Positions 1 through 11,640 of a stretch of DNA of 50,147 nucleotides are shown here, in pieces. The stretch comes from Chiloscyllium plagiosum (taxonomy: Eukaryota). A program made the position numbers and the translations under genes. The DNA lies in the NCBI RefSeq assembly GCF_004010195.1, contig NC_057752.1, positions 14,675,289-14,725,435 of the forward strand, given 5' to 3'. Below the pieces are notes generated by a model, which saw only the letters and a list, made by a program, of their open reading frames with translations, was not told the DNA's origin and made no database searches. Position 1 is the stretch's first letter. Every line of letters starts with the position of its first letter.

Positions 1-565
1 CTGCCAATTTCCAAATGAGCCTCAAGCTCATCCACCTTATTTCTAATGCTTTGTGCATTCATACATAATATTTTTAATTTGTTACTGCTCTCACCCTTCC
101 TATCAATCCCTATTTCACTCAATCTTACGGCATGATCCCTTTTAGAGTTTTCTGCTCCATTGATACCGTTGTCTTTCTTGACTTCTCTTGTTCTAACTTT
201 CCCTTTAACTTCCTTCTTAAACTTCCAGTTTGTCCCCTTCCCCCCCCCCCCCACTATTTAGTTTAAATGTAGCTGTGTTGCAGTAGCAAACCTGCCTGCT
301 AGAATGCTGGTCCCCCACCTATTAAGGTGCAAACCGTCTCTCTTGTATAATTTATCCTTACTGCAAAACATACCCCAGTGATCCAAGAATTTAAATCCTT
401 GCTTCCTGCACCAGTTCCCCAGCCACACGTTCAAGTCCATTATCTCCCTGTTTCTAGCCTCACCAGCACGAGGAACTGGAAGCAAACAAGAGATAACCAC
501 CCTGGACGTCCTGCTTTTCAGCTTTCTTCTAAGTTCTCCAAAGTCCCTCCTCTTCTTCCCGACAT
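1..565 (-). mobile_element. CR1 LINE fragment: ORF1 C-terminal SGNH-esterase domain, inter-ORF region and start of ORF2 endonuclease
   Basis: ORF 258..500(-) ...FLDHWGMF..LYKRDGLHLNRWGTSILA is the typical CR1 ORF1 esterase end; minus strand 1-80 reads KILCMNAQSIRNKVDELEAHLEIG (APE N-terminus). Confidence 0.9.
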
Positions 566-582
566 CATTTGTGCAGTCAGTA

Positions 583-1951
583 TGATGGATTCAAATGTGT
601 CTATTTTGCAGAAGTAACAAAGAGGATTGATGAGGGCAGCGAGGTGGAAGTGATCTATATGGACTTCAGTAAGACATTTGACAAGGTTCCTCATGGGATA
701 CTGGTGAGCGAGGTTAGATCACATGGAATACAGGGAGAACTAGCCAGTTGGATACAGAACTGGCTCAAAGGTACAAGATAGAGGGTGGTGGTGGAGGGTT
801 GTTTTTCAGACTAGAGGCCTGTGACCAGTGGAGTGCCACAAGGATCGGTGCTGGGTCCATTGTTCCTCACCATTTATATAAACGATTTGGATGTGATCAT
901 AGCAGATATAGTTAGTAAGTTTGCAAATGGCACCAAAATTGGAGTGGACAGTGAAAAAGGTTACCTCAGATTACAAAGGGATCATGATCAGATCGGCCAA
1001 TGGGCTGAGGAGTGGCAGATGGAGTTTCATTTAGATAAAGATAAGGTGCTAAATTTTAGCAAAGCAAATCAGGGCAGGACTTATACACTTAATGGTAAAT
1101 TCCTGGGGAATGGTTGCTGAACAAAGAGACCTTGTAGTGCAGGTTCATAGCTTCTTGAATGTAGTGTTGCAGGTAGATAGGATAGTGAAGGTGGTGTTTG
1201 GTATGCTTTCCTTTATTAGTCAGAGCATTGAGTATAGGAGTTGGGAGGTCATGTTGCGGCTGTACTAGACATTGGTTCGGCCACTGTTGGAAGATTGTGT
1301 GCAATTCTATCGGAAGGATGTTGTGAAACTTGAAAGGGTTCATAAAAGATTTACAAAGATGTTGTCAGGGTTGGAGGATTTGAGCTATAGGGAGAGGCGA
1401 ATAGGCTGGGGCTGTTTTCCCTGGAGCGTCAGAGGCTGAGGGGTGACCTTGTAGAGGTTTATGAAATCATGAGGGGCATGGATAGGATACAAAGTTAAAA
1501 ATCACACAACACCAGGTTATAGTCCAACAGGTTTAATTGGAAGCACACGAGCTTTCGGAGCGACGCTTCTTCATCAAGTGAAGGAGCGTCGCTCCGAAAG
1601 CTAGTGTGCTTCCAATTAAACCTGTTGGACTATAACCTGGTGTTGTGTGATTTTTAACTTAGTACACTCCAGTCCAACACCGGCATCTCCGAATCATAGA
1701 TAGGATAAATAGACAAGGACTTTTCCCTGGGGTGGGGGAGTCCAAAACTAGAGGGCATAGGTTGAGGGTGAGAGGGGAAAGTCATAAAAGAGACCTAAGG
1801 GGCAATGTTTTCACACAGAGGGTGGTGAGTGTATGGAATGAGCTGCCAGAGGATGTGGTGGAGGCTGGTACAATTACAGCATTTAAAAAGCATCTGAGTT
1901 GGCATATGAATAGGAAGGGTTTGGAGGGATATGGGACAAGTGCTAGCCAAG
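583..1951 (+). mobile_element. CR1 LINE ORF2 RT-to-3' fragment, degenerate
   Basis: YMDFSKTFDKVPH, GVPQGSVLGP, SKFANGTK (FADD motif) and FTQRVVSVWNELP motifs broken by stops and frameshifts; interrupted by the palindromic insert at 1490-1696. Confidence 0.92.
1490..1696. mobile_element. Palindromic non-autonomous Penelope-derived insert (family A) with hammerhead motif at the centre
   Basis: ~82-bp inverted arms 1492-1573 / 1579-1660; 13-bp target duplication CATGGATAGGATA (1477-1489) / CATAGATAGGATA (1695-1707); right arm matches the Penelope 3' end at 21630-21745. Confidence 0.85.
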
Positions 1952-1959
1952 TTGGGCCG

Positions 1960-4900
1960 AAGGATCTTGCTCGGTGGATCAGTGCTTGGAGCTGCGATGT
2001 TGTGGCCATTACAGAGACTTGGATACCACAGAGACAGGTATGTTTATTGGATGTTCCAGCATTGCAATGTTTCAAACAGAATAGGGAGGGAGGTAAAAGA
2101 GGTGGAGGAGTGGCATTGCTAATCAGGGATAGTATTACAATTGCAGGGTTTGTCCACTGAGTCATTATGGGTGGAAGTCAGAAACAGGAAAGGAGCAGTT
2201 ACTTTATTGGACGTTTCGTATAGACCCCCCAATAGCAGCAGAGAGACAGAGGAGCAGGTTGGAAGACAGATTTTGGAAAGGTGCAAAAGTAACAGAGTTG
2301 TTATCATGGGTGACTTCAACTTCCCTCATATTGATTGGATCATCCTTAGCACAAATAGATTGGATGGAGCAGATTTTGTCAGGTGTGTCCAAGAAGGAGT
2401 TCTGACCCAATATGTAGATAAACTAGAGGGGAGGCCATATAGGATTTGGTGCTTGATAATGAACCAGATCAGGTGTGAGATCTCTTGGTGGGAGATCATT
2501 TCGGTGATGGTGATCACACCTCGCTGACCTTTAACTGTATTCATGGAGAGGGATAGGAGCAGACAGTATGGGAAAGTATTTAATTGGGGGAGCGAAAATT
2601 ACAATGCTATTAGGCAGGAATTGTGGGGCTTAAATTGGGAACAGATATTCTCAGGGAAATGCACAACAGAAATGTGGAGGTTGTTCAGGGAGTACTTACT
2701 GCAAGTGCTGGCTAGGTTTGCCCCACTGAGAAAAGGAACATATTATTGGGTGAAGGAACCATGGATGACAAGGGATGTGGACCATCTAGTCAACAGGAAG
2801 AGGAAGCTTACTTACGGTTGAGGAAACAAGGAACACACAGGGCTCTAGAGGGTTACAAGGTAGCCAGGGAGGAACTGAAGAATGGATTTAGGAGAGCGAG
2901 AAGGGGGCTTTAGCGGGTAGGATGAAGGAAAACCCCAAGGCATTCTACACTTATGTGAGGAACAAGAGGATAGCTAAAGTGAGGGTAGGGCTGAATTATG
3001 ATAGTGGAGGGAACATGTGCCTGGAGTTGGAGGAGGTAGAGGTGGAGCTTAATGAATACACTGTTTCAGTGTTCACTACTGAGAGGGATCTTGTTGTTTG
3101 AGAGGACAGCATGAAATAGGCTGATATGCTCAAGCAGGTTGATGTTAAGGAGGATGTACTGGAAATTTTGAAAAACATGAGGATAGATAAGTCCCCTGGG
3201 CCAGATGTGATATTTCCCTAGGTTAGTACAGGAAGTGAGGGAAGAGATTGCTGCGCCTTGGTGATGATCCTTGCATCCTCACTGTCCACTGAAGTAGTAC
3301 CAGATGAATGGAGGGTGGCAAATATTATTCCCTTGTTCAAGAAAATGAGTAGGGATAACAGGAAATTGAACACCAGTCAGTCTTACATCAGTTTTTGGCA
3401 AACTATTGGAGACGATTCTGAGGGACAGGATTTATGATTATTTGGAAAAGCACAGCTTGATTAGAGATAGTCAACATGGCTTTGTGAGGGGATGGTCATG
3501 CCTCACAAGCCTTATTGAATTCTTTGAGGATGTGACAAAACACATTGATGAAGGTAGGGCAATGGTTGTGATGTACATGGATTTTATCAAGGCGTTTAAT
3601 AAGGACCCCAATAGTAGGCTCATTCAGAAAGTAAGGAGGCATGGGATGTAGGAAAATTTGGCTGTCTGGATACAGAATTGGCTAGCCCGTAGAAGACAGA
3701 GGGTGATGGTAGATATAAAGTATTCAGTGGTGTTCCGCAGAAATCTGTTCTGGGACCTCTGCTCTTGTGATTTCTATAAATGACTTGGATGAGGACGTGG
3801 AAGGGTGGGTTAGTAAGTTTGCCAATGACATGAATGTTAGTAGAATTGTGGATGGTATGGAGGGCTGTTGTAGGTTGCAACTGGACACTGACAGGATGCA
3901 GAGCTGGGCTGAGAAGTGGCAGATGGAGGTCAAACTGGAAAAGTGTGAAGTGATTCATTTTGGAAGGTAGAATTTAAATGCAGATTACAGGATTAAAGGC
4001 AGAATTCTTGGCAGTGTGAAGGAACGGTGGGATCGCAGGTTCCACATCCATAGATTAGATTAACTACTGTGTGGAAACAGGCTATTTCATCTGACAAGTC
4101 CACACTGACCCTCCGAAGAGTAACCCACACCGACCTATTCCCCTACCCTGTATTTACCCCTGACTAATGCACCTAACTCTATGGGCAATTTAGCACGGCC
4201 AGTTCACCTGACCTGCACATCTTTGGATTGTGGGAGGAAACCACAAAGACACAGGGAAGAATGTGCAAACTCCACACAGACAGTCACCCGAGGCAGGAAT
4301 TGATCCCAGGTCCCTGGCGCTGTGAGGCAACAGTGCTGACCACTGAGCCACTGTGCTGCCCTTGTTCCCTCAATGTTGCCATCTAAGTTGATAGGGTTTT
4401 TAAGAAGGCGAATGGAGTGTTGGCTTTCATTTGCAGGGGGATTGAGTTTAAGAGCCATGAGGATATGATGCTATAGAGCCCTGGTTAAACCACACTTGGA
4501 ATATTGTGTTCAGTTCTGGTCACCTCAATATGATAACTATGTGGAAGCTTTAGAGAGGGTGCAGATGAGATTTACCAAGATGCTTCCTGGACTGGAGGGC
4601 ATGTCTTATGAAGAAAGGTTGTGGGAGCTACAACTTTTCTCACTGGACCGAAGAAGGATGAAAGGTGACTTGATAGAGGTGTATATGACGATGAGAGGCA
4701 TAGATAGAGTGGATAGCCAGAGACTTTTTCCCATGGTAAAAATGGCTGTCTTGAGGGGTCATAATTTTAAAGTGACTGGAGGAAGGTTTGGGGGAGATGT
4801 CAGAAGTAGGTTCATTACGCAGAGAGTGGTGGGTGTGTGGTGGTAGTAGAGTTAGAGAAATTAGGGACATTTAAGCACCTCTTAGGTAGGTACATGAATG

Positions 4901-5008
4901 ATAGTACAATGTAGGGTATGTAGGTTAGTTTGATCTTGGAGTTCGATAAAAGATCAGCACAACTTTGAGGGCCGAAGGGCCTGTACTGTTCTTACTATGT
5001 TCTATGTT
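1960..5008 (+). mobile_element. CR1 LINE, nearly whole ORF2 (APE + RT) and 3' tail, degenerate
   Basis: DVVAITETW, GGGVALLIR, YRPPNS, MGDFNFP, SQHGFVRG, SKFANDM, EYCVQFWSP; ends in a CTATGTTCTATGTT tail; SINE inserted at 4051-4361. Confidence 0.93.
4051..4361 (-). mobile_element. HE1-like tRNA-derived SINE
   Basis: Reverse strand: GGGCAGCACAGTGGCTCAGTGG head, GGAGTTTGCACATTCT core, CCTGTTTCCACAC..AATCTAATCT tail; same as the other copies in the window. Confidence 0.88.
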
Positions 5009-5059
5009 AACATCCAGTCTTGCCCTTCCTTCAGCCACTGATGTTACTGATACAACATC

Positions 5060-5352
5060 AACCGCAAAGTTGGAAGTGAGGGAAGAGATTTCATCATGGA
5101 TGTTACTATTGAACTCAATCAGTAGCTGGAGGTCACCTCTTGTAATGGTGCTGAAACTGGATGAGTTGCAAAGATTTTGTAAAAATGTTTGCAAAATCAA
5201 TGTTGCAACAGTAGTAGACTCATATCCTATTTCACGATTGGAGGAATGCATTGGAAGAATTAGATTAGGCTTGTTTCCAAAATTGACTCACTTAAAGGAT
5301 ACTGAAAAGTCCTATTGACTGATAAAGCGAAAGAAATATCAGTTTCTGTAAC
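5060..5352 (+). mobile_element. Isolated Gypsy reverse-transcriptase fragment
   Basis: SSWRSPLVMVLKLDELQRFC..KINVATVVDSYPISRLEECI followed by SKID.LKGY*KV.LTDKAKEIS; parallels the RT at 17400-17640. Confidence 0.8.
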
Positions 5353-5589
5353 ACTTTATCAATACAACATTGTGTCATCATCTAAGGTATGCCTAAGACC
5401 TAATGAAATAAGGGAACAAGTGTTGGACACATTAATTAAGGGTTAATTGGATTTGAATTGATTGTATATTCAGGGACCTAGTAATCCCAGGTGTAAGTTT
5501 TATGGCGTGTAACAAACTGAAGTATCGCTCTCATATTAAAGTGTGAACATCAGTTCTGTTGAAATTAATGAGTGGAATGAGAGGAATAT

Positions 5590-5739
5590 GTGGCTGTAAT
5601 ATGTGGGAAGCTATGGACTCTACCGGGGCCCTAGATGACCATATGTGCAGCTGCAAAAACTTGAGGTCCAGGTTTCAGAGCTCGAACCGCAACTGGAGGG
5701 ACGATGGCATGTCATGACACTGAGAGTTATATGAAAAGC
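5590..5739 (+). mobile_element. CR1 ORF1 N-terminal zinc-finger/leucine-zipper fragment, runs into gap
   Basis: CNMWEAMDSTGALDDHMCS then LQKLEVQVSELEPQLE across a frameshift. Confidence 0.7.
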
Positions 5740-6239
5740 NNNNNNNNNNNNNNNNNNNNNNNNNNNNNNNNNNNNNNNNNNNNNNNNNNNNNNNNNNNNN
5801 NNNNNNNNNNNNNNNNNNNNNNNNNNNNNNNNNNNNNNNNNNNNNNNNNNNNNNNNNNNNNNNNNNNNNNNNNNNNNNNNNNNNNNNNNNNNNNNNNNNN
5901 NNNNNNNNNNNNNNNNNNNNNNNNNNNNNNNNNNNNNNNNNNNNNNNNNNNNNNNNNNNNNNNNNNNNNNNNNNNNNNNNNNNNNNNNNNNNNNNNNNNN
6001 NNNNNNNNNNNNNNNNNNNNNNNNNNNNNNNNNNNNNNNNNNNNNNNNNNNNNNNNNNNNNNNNNNNNNNNNNNNNNNNNNNNNNNNNNNNNNNNNNNNN
6101 NNNNNNNNNNNNNNNNNNNNNNNNNNNNNNNNNNNNNNNNNNNNNNNNNNNNNNNNNNNNNNNNNNNNNNNNNNNNNNNNNNNNNNNNNNNNNNNNNNNN
6201 NNNNNNNNNNNNNNNNNNNNNNNNNNNNNNNNNNNNNNN
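5740..6239. other. Assembly gap (500 N)
   Basis: Exactly 500 N, the same size as the gaps at 28179 and 43679, so probably a placeholder length. Confidence 0.99.
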
Positions 6240-6560
6240 AGTGAGTCCCAGGTAGGCCCTTGGTCGCAGCGGTGGGGGCAGGCCTGTTGGGAGGGTCCCC
6301 AAGGCAAGCCCCAGGCAGCCCCAAAATGTAGTCCCAGGCAGCAGCGGTGGAGGTGGGCCTCTAACAGCAGCAACGGTGAAGGTACTGGGAGGGGCCCAAG
6401 GTAAGTCCCAGGCAGCAGCAGTGAGGCAGGCCCCAAGCAGTAGCAGCTGAGGCAGGTCTGGATGAGGTCCCAGAGACCAGCAGTGGGAGTGGGCCCCAGG
6501 TCAGCAGCAACACTCCCTTGACCTGGGTGAGGCCCAGACTGCAGCTCCAAAAGCAGGCCC
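6240..6560 (+). repeat. GC-rich degenerate repeat (CCCAGGCAGCAGC.GTG..GG.GGGCC-like units)
   Basis: Recurrent gtcccaggcagcagc and ggcaggcc/gggcccc motifs; no clean period visible. Confidence 0.45.
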
Positions 6561-6689
6561 AGGACTCAGAACTCTCACCTCCTTCTGCCTCTGCCTCTGC
6601 TTCTTCTTTTCTTCTTACTTCCTTCTCAGAGCTCTCTGGATGTGGGGCAGCTGGTCCAGGGACAGTTGCCTTCCTCTCAGACACTTTCA

Positions 6690-6894
6690 AGGAAGAGAGT
6701 CCTTGCACACACACACATACACACACACACTGATCCAGCTCCCTCAAGAGCCAGCTCTCAAACTGAACAGAACCTCTGACGCTCCTGTTTCTCTCTGTCA
6801 GACAGGGCTCCCTGATTAGACCATATTAACAGTCCCAATCAGGGAATTCATATACTATGTGGTCTTGCTGGCTAACCCTGTTACAATCATTGCA
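6690..6894 (-). mobile_element. Partial LTR-like sequence with (CA)n expansion
   Basis: Reverse strand begins TGCAATGATTGTAAC and contains inverted CCCTGATTGG / CTAATCAGGG motifs; resembles a shark LTR recalled from memory; (CA)n at ~6706-6730. Confidence 0.5.
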
Positions 6895-6989
6895 CCTCTT
6901 TTCTGAATTCTGTACTTATATCCTCTTCCTACTGACTGAAGGCAGGTACTCATTCTATCATTTAACATCCTATCAATGTCCCCCATCTC

Positions 6990-7747
6990 CACACTCATGT
7001 TGCATTTAATGGGAACTACTCTATCTCTCTACAACATTGCATCCAGACTCTTATGCATAGTTCCCTGACCAATAAAGACAAGCATGCCATACACCTTTTT
7101 TCCCACCCTATCTACTTGTGTACCCACTTTCAAGGGAGCTAATCCTAAGGTCCCTCCATGTATCAAATGCTGTTCAGGGTCTTGCTATTAACTGAACACT
7201 TTTCCTTAACATTTGATTCCTAAAGCACAGTACCTCACATTTAAACTCCATCTGCCATTTTTCTGCCCATATCTGCATCTGATCTATATTCGTCTGTATC
7301 CTTGACAACCTTCTACACTATCCACAACTCCACTGATTTTTGTATTGTCTGCAAACTGACTAACCCACCCATCTGCATTTTCATCTAATTCATTTATATA
7401 TTGATCACAAACTGCTGAGGTCCCAGTATAGATCCCTGCGGAACACCACTAGTCACAGACTTCCAGCCAGAAAAACATCCATCCACCACTACCCTCTGTC
7501 TTCTATGGGCAAGCCAACTCTGAATCCACACAGCCAAGTCACCATGGATCCCATGCTTCTTCATCTTCTGGATGAAGCTACCATGAGGGACCTTGTCGAA
7601 AGCCTTATTAAAACCCCTATGGACAACACCCACTGATCTACTCTCATCAATCACTTCTGTCACCTCCTCGAAAAATTCACTCAAGTCAGTAAGCCATGAC
7701 TTGCCCCACCCAAAGCCATGCTGACTGTCCCAAATTAGGCCATGCTA
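6990..7747 (-). mobile_element. CR1 RT fragment
   Basis: ORF 7394..7684(-): EFFEEVT..FNKAFDKVPHG..SGVPQGSILGP. Confidence 0.9.
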
Positions 7748-7956
7748 TTGAAGTCCTGTTGAATCTTCCATATTAAAGCAGCGGAGGATGCCAGGAAAAG
7801 CGCAGCACTCCCTTAGACAGGGTTCTAACATAGTGTGGTGGTAAGGATAGGTCGCCTTTGTCGCTGCACATCATTACTGTCTGAAAGATCATCTAATACC
7901 CTCTTGAATGCTTCAACTGAGTCTGCCTCCAGCACATTTCCAGGCAGTGTATAATA

Positions 7957-8512
7957 AAATCCCTACAGTGTGGAAACAGGCTTTTCAGTCCAACAAGTCT
8001 ACATCGACCCTCTGACGTGTAACCCACACAGACCCATTCCCCTACCCTATTATCCCATATTTTCCCCTGACTAATGCACCAAGCCCATACATCCCTGAAC
8101 ACTATGGGCAATTTAGCATGGCCAATTCACCTAACCTGCACAGCATTGGATTGTGGGAGGAAACGGGAGCACCCGGAGGAAACCCACGTGGGGAGAATGT
8201 GCAAACTCCACACATCCTGGATCAGTGGTGCTGGAAGAGCACAGCAATTCAGGCAGCATCCAACGAGCAGCAAAGTCGATGTTTTGGGCAAAAGCCCTTC
8301 ATCAGGATGAAGGGCTTTTGCCCGAAACGTTGATTTTGCTGCTCGTCGGATGCTGCCTGAATTGCTGTGCTCTTCCAGCACCACTGATCCAGAATCTGGT
8401 TTCCAGCATCTGCAGTCATTGTTTTTACCCCTTTTCAAACTCCACACAGACAGTCGCCTGAGGCTGGAATCGAACCCAGGTCCCTAGCGCTGTGAGGCAG
8501 CACTGCTAACCA
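7957..8512 (-). mobile_element. HE1-like SINE interrupted by a palindromic insert
   Basis: SINE tail at 7957-8000 and head at 8450-8512; split at CAAACTCCACACA. Confidence 0.88.
8215..8435. mobile_element. Palindromic non-autonomous Penelope-derived insert (family B) with hammerhead motif at the centre
   Basis: 87-bp inverted arms 8217-8303 / 8306-8392; perfect 13-bp TSD CAAACTCCACACA at 8202-8214 and 8436-8448; centre GCCCTTCATC-AG-GATGAAGGGCTTTTGCCCGAAACGT. Confidence 0.88.
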
Positions 8513-8559
8513 TAACATAACTACTTGCTCTGTGAAAAAGTTCTATGAAAACTCTGGTA

Positions 8560-8800
8560 CCCAGGGCTGATGTAGAATTCTGTTCCGAGTGGGGGGATCC
8601 AGTCGCCCACTCAAGTGTCCTCCGACTTGTGAATCAGGGTGGGTCCACACTTTGCCATTTTCTGATGACAGATGATGAGCTGGCCATCCACCCCTTCTCA
8701 GCTCATCAACTCCTGCAGCAACATTGAGCCTAGACCTCTGCCACTCAGTAGGTCCCTGACTCTGGTCACTCCTGTGGTCACGGACCTCCTTTCTTGGGGG
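8560..8800 (-). mobile_element. Probable Tx1/L1-like ORF2 C-terminal fragment
   Basis: Minus-strand ...TTGVTRVRDLLSGRGLG.. resembles the GVTRV.DLL motif of Tx1 ORF2. Confidence 0.45.
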
Positions 8801-8809
8801 TGCACTTGA

Positions 8810-10815
8810 TAGAGCAGTTTAAACGAGTCTGGCAGGGGGATGGGAACCAGAGGAGTAGGGCAGTAGATGCAGACATTGAGGGACAGGTAGAAACCAAGGC
8901 AAACTTGACTAAGAAGAAGAACAGGCAGGGAAATGTTGCTGAAAAGAGCAAGGGACATGGTCTGAAATGCATGTGCGAAGTACATGGGCAAGGTAGATGA
9001 ATTTTGAGCTTTGCGTAGTACTTGGAACTATGACATGATTGCGTTAATGAGATTTGGCTGAAAGAGGAACAGGACTGGCAGCTGGATGTCCCAGGATTTA
9101 GATGTTTCAGGTGCGATAGAAAGGGATATAAAAGGGGTGGGCAGAGTTGCATTACTGGTAAAGGAGTGTCTCATAGCTGTACTGAGGGAGGCTACATCAG
9201 AGGACTCATGCAGCGAGGCAATAAAGGTAGAACTCAGGAAAAGGAAAGGTAAAATCCCAATTCTATGGGTATTCTATAGGCCTCCCAACAGCCAGTGGGA
9301 GATAGAAGACAATATGTCAACAGATTTTGGAAACGTGTAAAAACAGCAGGGTTGTTATGGTAGGTGGTTTTAACTTTCCCTACATTGACAAGGACTCACT
9401 ATGTGCTAGGAGCTTGGATGGGGCAGAATTTGTAAGGACTATTCTCGAGGGATTTTCGCTACAATATGTAAACAATCCAACAAGGGAAGGGGTTATACTG
9501 GACCTGGTTTTGGGAAATGAGCCCAGCCGGGTGAGTGAAGTTTCAGTGGAGGATTAGATTAGATTAGATTCCCTACAGTGTGGAAACAGGCCCTTTGGCC
9601 CAAGCAATCCACACTGACCGTCCGAAGAGTAATCCACCCAGACACATTTCTCTCTGACTAATGCACCTAGCACTATGGGCAATTTAGCATGGCCAATTCA
9701 CATAATCTGCACATTTTGGGACTGTGGAAGGAAACCGGAGCACCCGGAGGAAACCCTCGCAGACATGGGGAGAATGTGCAAACTCCCATGTGAGGTGCAT
9801 TTCACAAGGAGTGACCAAAACACACATGGATGGGGATAACAGTGGTCCTCAGGTGAAGGTGTTAAATTAGGGGAAGGCAAAAGACAATAAGATTAAGCAG
9901 GAACTGGAGAATTTTGATTGGAGATGGCTTTTTGAGGGTAAATCCACATCAGACATGTGGGCATATTTCAAATGGCAGTTGAGAAGAGGTCAGGAGTGAA
10001 ACATTCCTGGAAGAATGAAGGATAGGTATGGCAAGTTACAGGGACCTTGGAGGACCAAGGTTGATATGACCTTGGTCAAAAAGAAGGAGGAGGCAGATAT
10101 AAGTTCGAGGAGGATGGGAACTGTCAAAGCCCTTGAAAATGCAGGCAAGGTCTTAAATAAGGAATTAGAAGGGCTAAAATGGGTAATGAAAAGGGCTAAA
10201 AGGGGTAGCAAACAGGGTTAAGGAGAATCCCAAGACTTTTTATACAGATATAAAAAGCAAGAGGGTAGCCAGAGAAACGGTTGACCAACTCAAGGACAAA
10301 GGAGGGAATCTGTGTGTAGAGCCAGAAGAGGTCCTAAACAAATATTTTGTGTCAGTATTCACTAAGGAGAAGGAATTGGTGTTGGATGATCTCAGGGAAG
10401 GGAATGCCAAATTTCAAAGCTAAGTTACTATTAAAAAGGAAGAGGTATTGTACATCTTAAAACGTTTTATGGTAGATAAGTGCCCAGATCCTTTTGAGGT
10501 CTATCCCAGGACATTGAGGGAGGCAAGAGAATAAATTGCTGGAACATTGACAGACATCTTTGTATCATGTGTGGCCACAAATGAGGTCCCAGAGGACTAG
10601 AGAATAGTTAATGTTGTCCCATTGTTTCAGAAGGTTAGCAGGGATAATGCAGGAAATTACAGGCCTGTGAGCCTCACATTGGGAAATTATTGGAAGATTC
10701 TCAGGGGCAGGATCTCTATCTATAAATGGACTTATTAGCAATAGACAGCGTGGTTTTGTGCAGGGGAGGTGGTGCCTCGCTAACTTAATGGAGTTTTTTG
10801 AGGACGTGTTGAAGA
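8810..10815 (+). mobile_element. CR1 LINE (end of ORF1, APE, start of RT), degenerate, truncated at the LTR
   Basis: VWQGDGNQ (ORF1 end), GLKCM, FYRPPNS, GFNFPYID, LDLVLGNEP, GNYRPVSLT. Confidence 0.9.
9552..9790 (-). mobile_element. HE1-like SINE (5'-truncated)
   Basis: (GATTA)n tail followed by the conserved SINE body on the reverse strand. Confidence 0.85.
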
Positions 10816-11463
10816 TGTAACATTATGGTTGTAACCAAGATACTTTGTTGTTTTCATAGCAGTTCAAATTTACCCAATCAGTTTAAATATGCCCCAAGAG
10901 ACAAAATCCCAATTGAACTTGAATTTTACTGTTTTGACAACATCGAAACAATGAGACAATCCAATGTTTTGGGGTATAAAAAGCAGGCATGTTGGACAGT
11001 TAGCCAGAGAAAGAGCACTACCTGCCATTGCCAAACAGACTGCCTGAAAACCCTCTCTACAAAAGGTACCTTTCTCAGATAAAACATCTTTGCAGCAGAA
11101 GACCGAAGATGACCAAGGGAGATCGACAAACAGAGGGAGATTGTCACCACAGCTGGCAGCCACTGGCTGGTTTTGAAAATGGATTTGCTGTAAATTTAAC
11201 TGGGCCTTTATTGGATCAGTAGATTGTTATAGAGTGGGGTGGGTGGTACGTAACAAATCTATCAAAGAAAGGAGGCTTAGACTTGTAAATAGTTGTTGTT
11301 TACTGTTCAATTTTAGAGTTATAGAATAAATTTTTTTTTCTTGTTAAATCATTGAATTTGGATAGTTTTCTGTCACTCGTACATTAACAGATTACGACGC
11401 AAGATGAATGTTACTGAGTGTTTGGTTTCATTAGCAGAAGGGTTTACTGCCATGGCTTAAACA
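10816..11463 (+). mobile_element. Gypsy LTR, 5'-truncated, diverged relative of 18706-19411
   Basis: Shared blocks CAATCAGTTTAAAT, AATGTTTTGGGGTATAAA (TATA-like), GCTGGTTTTGAAA and TTAGCAGA.GGGTTTAC; ends ..AACA. Confidence 0.8.
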
Positions 11464-11489
11464 TTAAAATGCTGAAAGGCTAGTACCAA

Positions 11490-11640
11490 ACTCAGGATGT
11501 AGGTTTGCTTGCTGAGCTGGACGGTTCATTTTCAGATGTTTTGTCACCATACTAGGTAACATATCAGTGAGTGTCCGGATGAAACACTGGTGGCATCGCC
11601 CACTTTCTATTTATGTGTTTAGGTTTCCTGTGGTGATGTC
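11490..11640 (-). mobile_element. Penelope-like terminal fragment (family D) with decayed hammerhead
   Basis: Reverse strand CACTGAT-ATGTTACC TAGTAT GGTGAC AAAACATC = decayed CTGATGA-stem II-GAAACGTC. Confidence 0.55.

Noticed and set aside
5620..6550. Long ORFs spanning N gaps (also at 13696, 20546, 28101 and 43610)
   Set aside because: They are open only because N translates as X.
8215..8435. Classical DNA-transposon MITE or miRNA precursor
   Set aside because: The 13-bp TSD, the unpaired tail, and the same sequence occurring as non-palindromic copies favour a Penelope retro-origin; there is no evidence for a miRNA.
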